Assembly (NCBI GenBank): GCA_937625935.1
Contig: OW569392.1
Location: 248,001-312,000, forward strand
Direction: 5' to 3'
DNA from: Tetramitus jugosus
Lineage: Eukaryota; Protista; Heterolobosea
DNA length: 64,000 bases
Shown here one piece after another: positions 1 to 10,118 of this stretch (the stretch's first letter is position 1; each line of letters opens with the position of its first letter). The notes beneath the pieces are model-generated. The model was not told where the DNA came from, did not search any database, and saw only the letters and a program-made list of their open reading frames with translations. Made by a program: the position numbers and the translations under genes.

Positions 1-1807
1 TGGGTCAATACTGATGAATCATCAGAGCAACAACCCAATTTATCTCGTATGCTGTTCCCAAAGAAGCGAAAGAGCATTGTCTCACACAGCAAGCTTTTGA
101 GAGATTTACTTGAGAAGGAGAAGAGCAAATCATACAATAAGAATGTTCCAGATGAAGGTTTCTATACCAAGTGTCAAGTGCTGAGATCCATTACCAACTG
201 GTCAGGTGGTGGAAGAACAGAACGGTCAATTATGGAGGCATACATTGATCTGATCAACAAGGCCAAGCACTACATTTACATTGAGAACCAATACTTTATT
301 TCGAGCACTGCAGATGGAGGACAAGTCAAGAACACGATCGTCGAGCATTTGTTGAATAGAATTAGAAGGGCAATACGTGACAAGGAAACTTTTCGTGTAT
401 TTGTTGTTTTGCCCAATCATCCTGACGGCAATCTGGGAGAAAGTTCTTTGCAACAAGTGATGAAGTGGCAATACAGAACAATCAATCGATCACCTACCTC
501 AATCCTGCAGACTCTTGCTCGAGAGTTTCCCAATGTTGAACTCGAGAAGTACATTGGATTCTTCTGTTTGAGAAGCCATGGTTTCTTGAGCAATGATCAT
601 GTCTATGAGGATCTTCAAGGATATCTCAATGATGAGATTAATGATGATGATACGTTCTCTGTCAATTCAGCCTACACAAATCAAGGTTATACTGGATTGA
701 AGGCAGTTACTGAACAAGTTTATGTTCATTGTAAGCTAATGATTGGTAAGTTTACTTTTTTGTTGTATATTCTTGTTGTTGTTCGACGCATTAATGTGTA
801 ACTAACATAATCAATGAACTCTCTTAGTGGACGATTTGTATACCATCATTGGTTCGGCCAATCTGAACGATCGCTCTATGCTCGGTGACAGAGACAGCGA
901 AATTGCAATCATAACAGAAGATGAAGAGTTCTACTCAACAAAGATGAACGGAAACAGATATAAGGCAGGTAAATTTGCCTTCTCTCTTCGAATGAGACTG
1001 TGGAGAGAACATTTGGGACTGTTTGAGGATTTGTATGATGCGGATGACGATGAGGAAATTGAAGATCTCGAGAACACTCAACAATTCTCAGTGAGAAAAA
1101 AGTTGAAGGATACATTCGATAAACAAGTCATGAAAACCAAGATCAATAAGATTCGAGATGCAATCATTGATCCAATATCTTCCAAGACTTATGAACGAGT
1201 ATGGTTGATGAATGCCAAGAGAAACACACAAATTTATGAGTCTGTCTTTCCCAGTTTCACACCGTCGAGCAAATTCAAGACTGTGAAGGCCTACTACGAA
1301 GCAAGGAACAATCAACAAAAGGAATACAAGAACAAGCTCGAAGAGTTACAACAACAGATTCAAAATGAAGAAGAGAAGAGATTTATTCAATTATTGCAGG
1401 AGAAGGAGCAAGAAAAGTTCGATGTTGGCTCGAATGAAGACAACAAGATACTTGCAGCTGCCACTCTTCAAGTGGATGAAACCATGACAACAGACACAGA
1501 GACACATGCTGACTCTGCGACAACTGACATTGAAGACCATTCGCTCTATCGACCACGCTCAGGTTCGACAATGGAGGGCGGTACTCCTATCCACCAGCGC
1601 ACATTATCAACAACAAGCACGAGGGATGATGTCACTGCCTCCATTAGCACTCCTCGGAAGTTGAGAGAAGATGAACTGCATAAGCGTCAAGAATTGTCAA
1701 AGATTCAGGGTCACTTAGTCATGTTCCCATTGAACTTTTGCTATGGTGACAAATTTGTGAAATCCTATCAACTTCGAATGGTTGTTGATGATAACATATT
1801 TATATAA
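1..1807 (+). CDS. PLD: Phospholipase D (PLD1/2-type), C-terminal part; 5' end outside the window; exons <1-745 and 828-1807
   Basis: HYIYIENQYF motif. Removing intron 746-827 (GTAAGT...ACTAAC...TTAG) restores the second HKD motif VHCKLMIVDD followed by IGSANLNDRSMLGDRDSE. Confidence 0.93.
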
Positions 1808-1885
1808 AATCTTGTCAACTACCGTCTGAAGTCAAGAGACGACCTATACAACTAGTTATGAATGTTTTTTCTATTTATTCCCTCC

Positions 1886-3934
1886 CTACACTGTGTATGG
1901 CATGCATTCGATCCTGATTCGATCGATAAGCTTCTTAAGCGTGGGTTCATCTGTTGCACCCAAGCGCACCCTTCCAAACGCACGTGCCAACTCACTCTGC
2001 ACAGTCTTCCATTGACTTGCAGGCAATATGTCACGACAATAATAAAGCACAATATCAAACAAATCTTGTTTGCTATCAGCAACTGTACCAGGAGCGACTC
2101 TCATCCGATAAATGGCTCTTTCCATTCGTTCGATTGCAGCCCTGGATTCATTCAGTGCAAACAAGGCGGCTGCACTATGAAAATAGTGAGGCAAGTGATT
2201 GGGTAACACCTCTGAACACAAACCAAATGCGTCTACTGCTTTTTGAAGCCACGAGTCTCTCACTGCTTTATCATTCTTGTTCTGCATGGCCAATCCCTTG
2301 TAACTCAATGCTCTATAAATTAATACATCATCCTGATCCATCATCGCACTACTACCGATTGCATTAACATTCGCAGTTGTAGTAGACGTGGTCATTGAAG
2401 CAATTTGTTGTCTAATGGATGACAATGAAGCACAATCTTCCAACACCAGCGCAAAATTCTTAATCTTGAGATTGATTGTGATGCGCAACGTGTAATACTC
2501 TTGTAATTGAGGATCATTGTGGATGCACTCATTGAGACTCTGTGAAGCAAACAATGACAACTGTTTCTCAAATGATTTCAACTGTTCTTGGCAATGCTCC
2601 AACAATAGTGTTGTCATTTGTTGTTTTTCATTACTACCAGTATTACTACTAACAGTACTACTAGTATTACTACTGTTGTTGTTATGTTGTTTTTGAGAGA
2701 GGCGAATAGAGTTGATGGTGGATCGGAGTTGAGCATGTTGACGCAACGCATCCCACACTCGAGACTTCAAAATGAAAAAATTGCACACTTTTTTCATTAG
2801 AAAATATTCGTCTTGTTGTTTTTGTTTCTGTATTGCACTCATTGTCAATCCCTCACTATCATTATCATTACTACTTTCACTAGAAGAAGAAGAAGAAGAT
2901 GTAATGATAATGTTGTTGGACATCATTTTTTTCGATTGTTTCAATTCAATACTCTTCAACAACTTATCACAACTAGATGATGTATGGGTCAACTGTTCAT
3001 TCATCATGCACACACCAAACATGATTCGACAGAATTGAGCAAATATAGTGTCGTTTGTATAGGTTTGAAACCGTTGGAGTACAATGTGAAATTTATCATT
3101 GATTTCCTTGATAATCTCCTCTGGTTTCAATGTTTTGATATTCATTTTTGTGAAATGATTGAATGATGATGATGATGATGATTTGTTTTCTTCACTATGA
3201 TTAACATTTGATTTTTCTTGTTGTTGTTTTTTCTTCAAGTGTGATGATGATGACGATTGTTGTTGTTGTTGTTGTTGTTGTTGAGCCATTTTGAGCAATT
3301 GAGTCATGGATAGAGTATATTGTTGTATTCGTTGATCCATTTCTTTTCGAACATCTCTTGTCAAATAATGAAAATCATGTGTCCAATCCATCAACATTGA
3401 CAATTGTTGTTGTTGTTGTTGTTGTTGTTGATTGTCATTTGATACATTTTGTTGTTGTTGTTGTTGAGAGTGATGATGATAGGCTATTTTTCGTTGATTG
3501 GTTCGAATGCGCCAACAACTCTGCAAGAAATGAATGTAGAACGTGTGGACAAATTCGTTACCAAGTGTACTGTTGGGAACATCTGCACAATACTTTTCAA
3601 AAAAATGTTTCCAATCAATGTTTGTTCTTGAATGACCACTGCTACTACCACTACTATTACTACTACTTGTTGTTGTTGTTGATGTTGATGGTGTCACAGG
3701 TTGTTGCTTTTGTTGAGTAGATGTTGATGTGCTAGTTGAATTGTATCGTACTTGATTGGATGAAAAGAGACAAGAAGATTGATTGTATTGTTGTGATTGA
3801 TGTTCGAGAAAATGATTTTGATTGAGGAGTGAATGGTGGTGAGAAAAGGGTATCAATAATGATGATGATGGTGATGATGGTTTAGTGGAGATCCATTTGA
3901 GCAATATTTGTTGGTGCTGCCTTGTGCTCTTCAT
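1886..3934 (-). CDS. PolyQ/S-rich protein with C-terminal helical (TPR-like) repeats, possibly mitochondrial
   Basis: Long ORF; probable start ATG at 3934 in an A-rich context (MKSTRQHQQ). N-terminus is nearly free of acidic residues and has a presequence-cleavage-like QVRY|NST motif. C-terminus has TPR-like helices (YFHSAAALFALNESRAAIERMERA). Confidence 0.65.
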   Translation of the reverse strand: MKSTRQHQQILLKWISTKPSSPSSSLLIPFSHHHSLLNQNHFLEHQSQQYNQSSCLFSSNQVRYNSTSTSTSTQQKQQPVTPSTSTTTTSSSNSSGSSSGHSRTNIDWKHFFEKYCADVPNSTLGNEFVHTFYIHFLQSCWRIRTNQRKIAYHHHSQQQQQQNVSNDNQQQQQQQQQLSMLMDWTHDFHYLTRDVRKEMDQRIQQYTLSMTQLLKMAQQQQQQQQQSSSSSHLKKKQQQEKSNVNHSEENKSSSSSSFNHFTKMNIKTLKPEEIIKEINDKFHIVLQRFQTYTNDTIFAQFCRIMFGVCMMNEQLTHTSSSCDKLLKSIELKQSKKMMSNNIIITSSSSSSSESSNDNDSEGLTMSAIQKQKQQDEYFLMKKVCNFFILKSRVWDALRQHAQLRSTINSIRLSQKQHNNNSSNTSSTVSSNTGSNEKQQMTTLLLEHCQEQLKSFEKQLSLFASQSLNECIHNDPQLQEYYTLRITINLKIKNFALVLEDCASLSSIRQQIASMTTSTTTANVNAIGSSAMMDQDDVLIYRALSYKGLAMQNKNDKAVRDSWLQKAVDAFGLCSEVLPNHLPHYFHSAAALFALNESRAAIERMERAIYRMRVAPGTVADSKQDLFDIVLYYCRDILPASQWKTVQSELARAFGRVRLGATDEPTLKKLIDRIRIECMPYTV

Positions 3935-4602
3935 TTTTTTGGACGGAAAATGCTTTTTGTTTGGAGTGGTGAAAATTGCTTCGGAGAAAACCCAAAGGAA
4001 TCTGGAGTGTATTTGCATGGAAAGTTGTCAAGTGGTAGGTGAGTTCAATGGCTGTGTTGGGAGTGCTACTTCACATCATCGTCCAAGGGGACTTGACCCA
4101 TTGTTCCTCGACCAGATTCTCTGGAAAATCTATCTCCTTACTACTATTTACAAATGAAAATTGTCTGAAATCTACAGGTAGTTTCCTCAGTGATGGAATT
4201 GTTGGAAATCTTATCGGATATTCCTCTGTTATCTGTCTATCAGTCTCCTCAAAAGGGAATGTGACATCTCCCTTCCATTTGGTCGTGGGCCGAGGAATGA
4301 ATTTATGCGCAATCAACTCTTCAAAATAGCTCCTAACTTCGGACTTTATCCGCAACCCTTCAATCATCCTGGATAAACAATGTTGAATCAAGTATTGTGT
4401 CAACACCTAAACTGCCATCTCCAGCCACTTATACACGTGTATTCATTGTGTCACAACTTTGCCCTTGGTAGTCAAGATCCGCGACCGACAAAACCTGAAT
4501 GAAAAAAATCAAAGTTCACACTCCTCCAATCACAAAAAACAAAACAATCAACGTTCAATATTATCATTATTATACTCGTCTTATTAATTTTACTACCCAA
4601 CA

Positions 4603-7600
4603 ATGATACCAACAAGTGAGCAAGATAAAATGGCAGAGATTATCAGAATGATTGGCAGTCAAACCAATCGAACCTCAATCATGTCACAACAACCTCCACT
4701 GTTACAACCACAGCCACCACGAATTCCCTTCATGTTGTCCTCTACTGCTCCTCCACAGACAACAACAACACCAACACCAACTGTTGCCAACATGAATATT
4801 CATCATCATCATCACAACAATAACAACAATCATAATAATAACATGTTTTCCATCTCACTGCCGCCACAACAACAACAACAACCTCAACAACTTCAGCAAC
4901 AGTTACCTCAAGTGCAACAACCATTTCAACAACAACATGTTCAACAACAACAACCACCACCAGTTCATTTGCAATCCTATCAATCACCCATCTCATTTGT
5001 GCCGCAACAACCACAACCACAACAAATGACTGCATTTGAAAAACAACAACATCAACTCATGCAACAGCAACAACAATTACAGAAACAATATGAACAACTT
5101 CAACAACAACAATTACAGTTCCAACAACAACAACTTCAACTTCAAATGCAGTATGAAAAAATTTCTCCGAATTCTTGTAAACACTGTCGGGATAGTCATC
5201 GGAGATGTGATCGGAAATTACCATCGTGCACACAGTGCTCCAAACGTTCGATACAATGTCATTATGTACCATCGAAGAAGCGTAAGAATGAATCACCAGC
5301 CATCATTCTTCAACAATCTCAACAATCATTGTTGACTACCACAGGCAACAACAACAAGCATAGGAATAATAATAATACAAGCAGCAGCAGTAGTAATGAT
5401 GATAGTGAGAGTGATAGCAACAATAATAATAATAATAATAATAGGATGGAGTTGATGATGAGTCGACCATTGAAACAAGCAAGAGTCGAATACAATAATA
5501 ATCATCATACTGTCGAACAATCATCCTCCTTATTTTCATCATCTGTATCATCCATGTCATCTTCATCCTCATTATCAACAACAAGTAGTAGTAATGTTCA
5601 TTCACCTCCACTCTTATCAACCATTCAACAACAACAACAACAACAGCAAGAAGTGTATCAAGTGTTGAACCAAATTCCACACTTACTTGCTAGTCAACAA
5701 CATCAACATCAACATCAGCAGCAACATCAAACATCTCAAATCACTACTCTACCTCATGACAACATTATGAATCATAATAGTAACAATCTGAGTAGTATGA
5801 AGAATAATAATGACAATAACAGTAATAATCATAGTAGTATTAGTAATAATGATTATCAGAGATTATATCTCGCAACGTCTCAAATCTCTGACAAGTTCAT
5901 TACCATGACATCCAGAGAGCCCATTATTCAATTGTCTGCTGCTGTTGCTGCTGTTGCCAATTCTTCTTCTTCTCATTCTTCTTCCTTTAATACACTACAG
6001 CAACAACAACAACAACAACAACATAGTCAATCATCTCTACCATCACCATCATCATCATCAACAGCATCGCCATCATCATCAATCAATAGTCCATCTCCTA
6101 GTTACACTTCAGAGTCATCACCCATCAACACAAGTGCAAGTGACAGTAATGATGTTGCAATGGTACACCACCACCAGCAACAACAACAACAACCAACCCC
6201 TCCTCCTCTTCTCTCTTTATCATCATCACCTGCTGTGGCATCTGTGAGTATTCTTGAAGCGTGTTTTGATTTGATTGAACCTCAGAATGCAGGTAAAGAC
6301 TTTAAGGAATCAGTCATTGCACAACTGCTGTGGAATCAAATGACTTCCAAATCATCACTCGCATCGTCATCATCATCATCTACTTCACCATTGTCAAGTT
6401 CCACTGCCAATGCCGATGATCGTTCTGCCATTGCAAACATGAGTCAAAAAGATCAGGAACAGAGAGCACAACAAGTATTGGAAGAAAAGGCAAATCAAGC
6501 ATTGTGGTATTCGATTCAAGCAGTTGCACTGTTGCATATGCCATCCAAGGAACAAGAACCATATTTTGATGCACAGAAACGAATGATGATTTATGAGATC
6601 ATGTCCAAAAAGTTGGGTCAATACAAGGCAACGAGTCAAAATGACACGACATTCTTTCCGTGCAGCTTTGGTGTCAATACGGAATTTTTACTCAAGAGGA
6701 AGCGCAGTGAAATGGAGGACCATAATGATGAGAATGACGATGATGAAAATGGCGAGAATGATATTGAAGACAAGGATAATGGAGACAAGGATAATAATGA
6801 ATTGGCAAAGGCTATATCAGAGTTGCCTGATTTGGCTCGCTTGTTTTGCAAATTCTCCAAACTTCAACTCATTGAAACTGCAAGACTCATGTTCAACAGT
6901 GCTCGAACACTGTTGTTGGACGTGGAAGTGTTTCCTCATATTGGCACGCATATGAAACTGGCGCAAACATCGGCTCATTTGGTCAGTTTTCTGTTGGTGT
7001 CTGGTGAGAGAACAGAGGAGGCACATGTGTTTTTAAACTCGGCCAAAGTGTACCTGGATCGCGTGCGAGATGTTTTGCGCTTGGACGCAACCAAACTCAG
7101 TGGTCACGCACGAGATCAATTGGAAACGCAACAGCTTGCCATTGGAGGCTTGTACTCGGCATACACGTCTCTAAAGTCCGTTCTCTATGTCAACTATGCA
7201 CCGAGGACATCCGACTTTTATCGCAAGAAATCACTGAAAAAGTACTTGAAATTATCGATACGTGCATGGAAGGCGGTCGGTAATACCTCGAGAAGAGTCT
7301 TGTGGTCTCAAGACTGTCAAAATCCGCTGAGAAAACTCAAAGCAATCATCAATAGGAATCCTGAAGATGCAACGCACGACAGAAGACAATTGTATGACTT
7401 TTTGATGGGATGCAGAGAAATGAGAGGTAATATTGAACACTGCTCAGGGTTCACAAGAATTTGGAGACTCTTTACATTCACAATAGACATATTCGCTTTG
7501 GAGATTTTTGCAAGTCAAGCAGGTACTTGCAAAGACAAGTCCTTCTTCGATGTTTTGTGGGAGTTACAGCTCGAAACTGCTCATTTAGTGATCAGAGAGA

Positions 7601-8133
7601 TTTATTCGAGTCTTGGTCTCGTGATTACTGCTGGTGCTCGTCTTCTCATGATTATCAAGTTTACTTGTCGAATTCATATCGAACACTCTGCTCGTTTATG
7701 CTCTGGATCAACAAACAAGAAGGAACTTTTAGAGTGCTTGGCTTTTATGCACACAGATAGTTTGACATTGGATGCCATTGGTTTAAGGACTCCTGTGGCC
7801 GCGCTACAGGAACTCTCGGAGCAAATCAAACTTCAACAACAATACCATCAGCAATACCTTGCTCAACTGGACGGTTCATCTTGGTTAACCAACGCACCAA
7901 ATTCAACTCTAAGCAATCAAGATAATGGCAAGAGTGACATTTCGTTAGGTTCCATATCGAACATAACTTCCTGTGATGGAGACGAGAAGGGTGAAGAAGA
8001 GCCAGCTACGCAGTTCTTTGGATCCATTTATGAAACTTTTCAGTCAGGAGGAGACTTCACTCAGGAGCAACCTGTTGCAGAAGAGACAAACTTTTTCTTG
8101 GAATTCTTCAACTTGGAGGAGGGTTTCCAATAA
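4603..8133 (+). CDS. Zn(II)2Cys6 binuclear-cluster transcription factor with polyQ/N/S tracts
   Basis: CKHCRDSHRRCDRKLPSCTQCSKRSIQC (C-x2-C-x6-C-x6-C-x2-C-x6-C) at 5176-5259, followed by a basic KKRK and an acidic/aromatic C-terminal tail. Confidence 0.9.
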   Translation: MIPTSEQDKMAEIIRMIGSQTNRTSIMSQQPPLLQPQPPRIPFMLSSTAPPQTTTTPTPTVANMNIHHHHHNNNNNHNNNMFSISLPPQQQQQPQQLQQQLPQVQQPFQQQHVQQQQPPPVHLQSYQSPISFVPQQPQPQQMTAFEKQQHQLMQQQQQLQKQYEQLQQQQLQFQQQQLQLQMQYEKISPNSCKHCRDSHRRCDRKLPSCTQCSKRSIQCHYVPSKKRKNESPAIILQQSQQSLLTTTGNNNKHRNNNNTSSSSSNDDSESDSNNNNNNNNRMELMMSRPLKQARVEYNNNHHTVEQSSSLFSSSVSSMSSSSSLSTTSSSNVHSPPLLSTIQQQQQQQQEVYQVLNQIPHLLASQQHQHQHQQQHQTSQITTLPHDNIMNHNSNNLSSMKNNNDNNSNNHSSISNNDYQRLYLATSQISDKFITMTSREPIIQLSAAVAAVANSSSSHSSSFNTLQQQQQQQQHSQSSLPSPSSSSTASPSSSINSPSPSYTSESSPINTSASDSNDVAMVHHHQQQQQQPTPPPLLSLSSSPAVASVSILEACFDLIEPQNAGKDFKESVIAQLLWNQMTSKSSLASSSSSSTSPLSSSTANADDRSAIANMSQKDQEQRAQQVLEEKANQALWYSIQAVALLHMPSKEQEPYFDAQKRMMIYEIMSKKLGQYKATSQNDTTFFPCSFGVNTEFLLKRKRSEMEDHNDENDDDENGENDIEDKDNGDKDNNELAKAISELPDLARLFCKFSKLQLIETARLMFNSARTLLLDVEVFPHIGTHMKLAQTSAHLVSFLLVSGERTEEAHVFLNSAKVYLDRVRDVLRLDATKLSGHARDQLETQQLAIGGLYSAYTSLKSVLYVNYAPRTSDFYRKKSLKKYLKLSIRAWKAVGNTSRRVLWSQDCQNPLRKLKAIINRNPEDATHDRRQLYDFLMGCREMRGNIEHCSGFTRIWRLFTFTIDIFALEIFASQAGTCKDKSFFDVLWELQLETAHLVIREIYSSLGLVITAGARLLMIIKFTCRIHIEHSARLCSGSTNKKELLECLAFMHTDSLTLDAIGLRTPVAALQELSEQIKLQQQYHQQYLAQLDGSSWLTNAPNSTLSNQDNGKSDISLGSISNITSCDGDEKGEEEPATQFFGSIYETFQSGGDFTQEQPVAEETNFFLEFFNLEEGFQ
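4800..6200 (+). repeat. Coding trinucleotide microsatellites (CAA, AAT, TCA, CAT)
   Basis: Runs of caacaacaa, aataataat and tcatcatca encoding Q, N, S and H tracts. Similar tracts occur at 3160-3900 on the minus strand. Confidence 0.9.
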
Positions 8134-8357
8134 AAAGCAAACAAATACAATTACTTCACCTGAAACGGTTTAATCTCGGAGTTTGTTATCTGAAATAGAA
8201 AACTCAACTTTCCAACAAAAAACCAACAGATTGTCTTCAATGTTAACGTGAGAACCAGTGACAAACTCTTAATTAAATACGTCTTTATTTGTTTTATGAA
8301 ACCTTTTGATAGAGGTTTTCGGCACTATGTACAGTGAACCGCATTGCTTAGTTCGAT

Positions 8358-9596
8358 TTAGGCACTAGGATCAATTCTCTTTGGAGAACTCGGTCTGCAT
8401 CCATCTCTTCTTCTCAATGATCCGTCAGACACTTGTTGGCTCGTTATCATTGCTTCATCATCATTATCGTTCTTCACACTGTCGAGGCTACCTTGTTCCG
8501 ACACTTCAGCTTCCTTGAGAGCAGCCACTACTGGAATTTGCTTCCTATTCTTCGTTGTCATCACATCATTTTCATCACTGTCCATCTGCTGCTTCTTGTT
8601 CTTGTTCTTAATAACTCGAGGATCTCCTTTGACAACACCACCCTCCTTCAACGTCTTGATCAACAATTTGACAATCAGAGTGAACCAGTACATGTGAAGG
8701 AATAAGAGGCAAAACAGACAGAGAGCCATGAGATACATTGTACTGACGCAATACCCTCCAGCAACACATATGCCATAACCAGAGAATTCAAATCTAGATG
8801 TAATATTTGGAATCTTGCCCAGAATATACCTCGTACTGGGATACAAGTGACTGTATGGACCCATGGCTGCATAGAATGGCACACATGGGAAAATGACCAA
8901 TCGAGTCACTGCAAACGTCACTGTAAACAAAAAGAACAAAACGTTGGCCAACGTCTGAAAATTGCCGACATGGAAAAATTTGGCAGTGTACAGGAAAACA
9001 TCACCCACGTCGTGCAACAGCACAATGGTACTACCGATACGATGCATATTGGTCGACATGCTCAATCCCATGACCAAAATAGTAGCAATATGATGTGTGA
9101 GCATCTCGCTAAAGTCCTTCATTCGCTCATCAACGTACAATAGACCAAACAGAGCCTGCGAATAGAATGCCATTGCAAACAAGCAATATTTTCTCATGAG
9201 CGGATAATTGTGCTCATCCATCAAGTGACCTTCCGGATAGTCCGAATAGATGGCTCTCCAATCAGAGAACCATGGAGTATCCCACATGGAATACACTGCG
9301 AAACCGACCATGAACGGATAATAGAGTGAGAACCATCCATTCTCAATGAATCGAGATCGTTCCTTTGGATTGACATTCCACCGAATGGACAATGGGTGAA
9401 GAATGAATCGAGAGATCAATTTTCGTAGAGTAAACAACAGTATGCCCATGGAGATGATGAATGAGAACTCGAAATCAAATTTGAAGATTCTAGAGTTTTC
9501 AGGTGCAGGTTCTCTGCCAATGGTTGTCAGAGGAACGGTAAATGTGTCGACCATGCTTTGACCTATGTGTCGAACTGTTTCCACGATAAAGCTCAT
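8358..9596 (-). CDS. LAG1: Ceramide synthase (TLC/Lag1 family)
   Basis: Lag1 motif RMKDFSEMLTHHIAT...RIGSTIVLLHDVGDVFLYTAK; multiple TM segments; LHMYWFTLI. Confidence 0.92.
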   Translation of the reverse strand: MSFIVETVRHIGQSMVDTFTVPLTTIGREPAPENSRIFKFDFEFSFIISMGILLFTLRKLISRFILHPLSIRWNVNPKERSRFIENGWFSLYYPFMVGFAVYSMWDTPWFSDWRAIYSDYPEGHLMDEHNYPLMRKYCLFAMAFYSQALFGLLYVDERMKDFSEMLTHHIATILVMGLSMSTNMHRIGSTIVLLHDVGDVFLYTAKFFHVGNFQTLANVLFFLFTVTFAVTRLVIFPCVPFYAAMGPYSHLYPSTRYILGKIPNITSRFEFSGYGICVAGGYCVSTMYLMALCLFCLLFLHMYWFTLIVKLLIKTLKEGGVVKGDPRVIKNKNKKQQMDSDENDVMTTKNRKQIPVVAALKEAEVSEQGSLDSVKNDNDDEAMITSQQVSDGSLRRRDGCRPSSPKRIDPSA

Positions 9597-10118
9597 GATG
9601 TTTGTTATTATTATAATTGTTGTTGTTGTTGTTGTTGTTGTGAAAGTTGTGATTGTTTGTGTGAGATCTGGTGGTGTGTGTTGTCAAGTACTCGTTCTAT
9701 ATTTATGTTAATGTGACGGCGATGATAAGAGTTGTAGCGCGTATTGATCTTGAACTATATATCAGAGTTCGTTCAACAAAAAGGATATGCGAACAATAGG
9801 GGGTGGAGGATGTAGTTCTTGACTATGTTGTTGTTGTTTGATTCTTTTTCAAGTCCTTTGGCTCGCTATTAATTTAAAGCTCCACGTGCAATGCAACGAT
9901 GGGAACTGATGCGGACCAAGAAACCAACAGAAACATAGCGATATCCAGTCGATGGACAATAGGCTTTTTTTAAGGTCCTCAGTGGGTTGACAATCGGCTT
10001 TTTTTGGCGTGCCGACATACTATTCCCCGCCACGCCGGTTCGGTGATTTCAACGGTTCGAATGAATTCGTCCTAAACTACGATGCCGTGTAAACAAGCGT
10101 ACATTGCGCAAGAGTTCT

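Noticed and set aside
3358-6247. Many short V/M/I/N-rich ORFs in alternative frames
   Set aside because: They are shadow frames of CAA/AAT/TCA repeats inside real genes.
9955-10005. Repeat-spacer-repeat read as a mini CRISPR array
   Set aside because: Only two 17-bp units ending in T runs, in a eukaryotic context with no cas genes.
10040-10118. B-box-like GGTTCGAAT and a faint U4-like TTGCGCA...ATCGTAG on the minus strand
   Set aside because: No cloverleaf, kink-turn stem or Sm site could be built.
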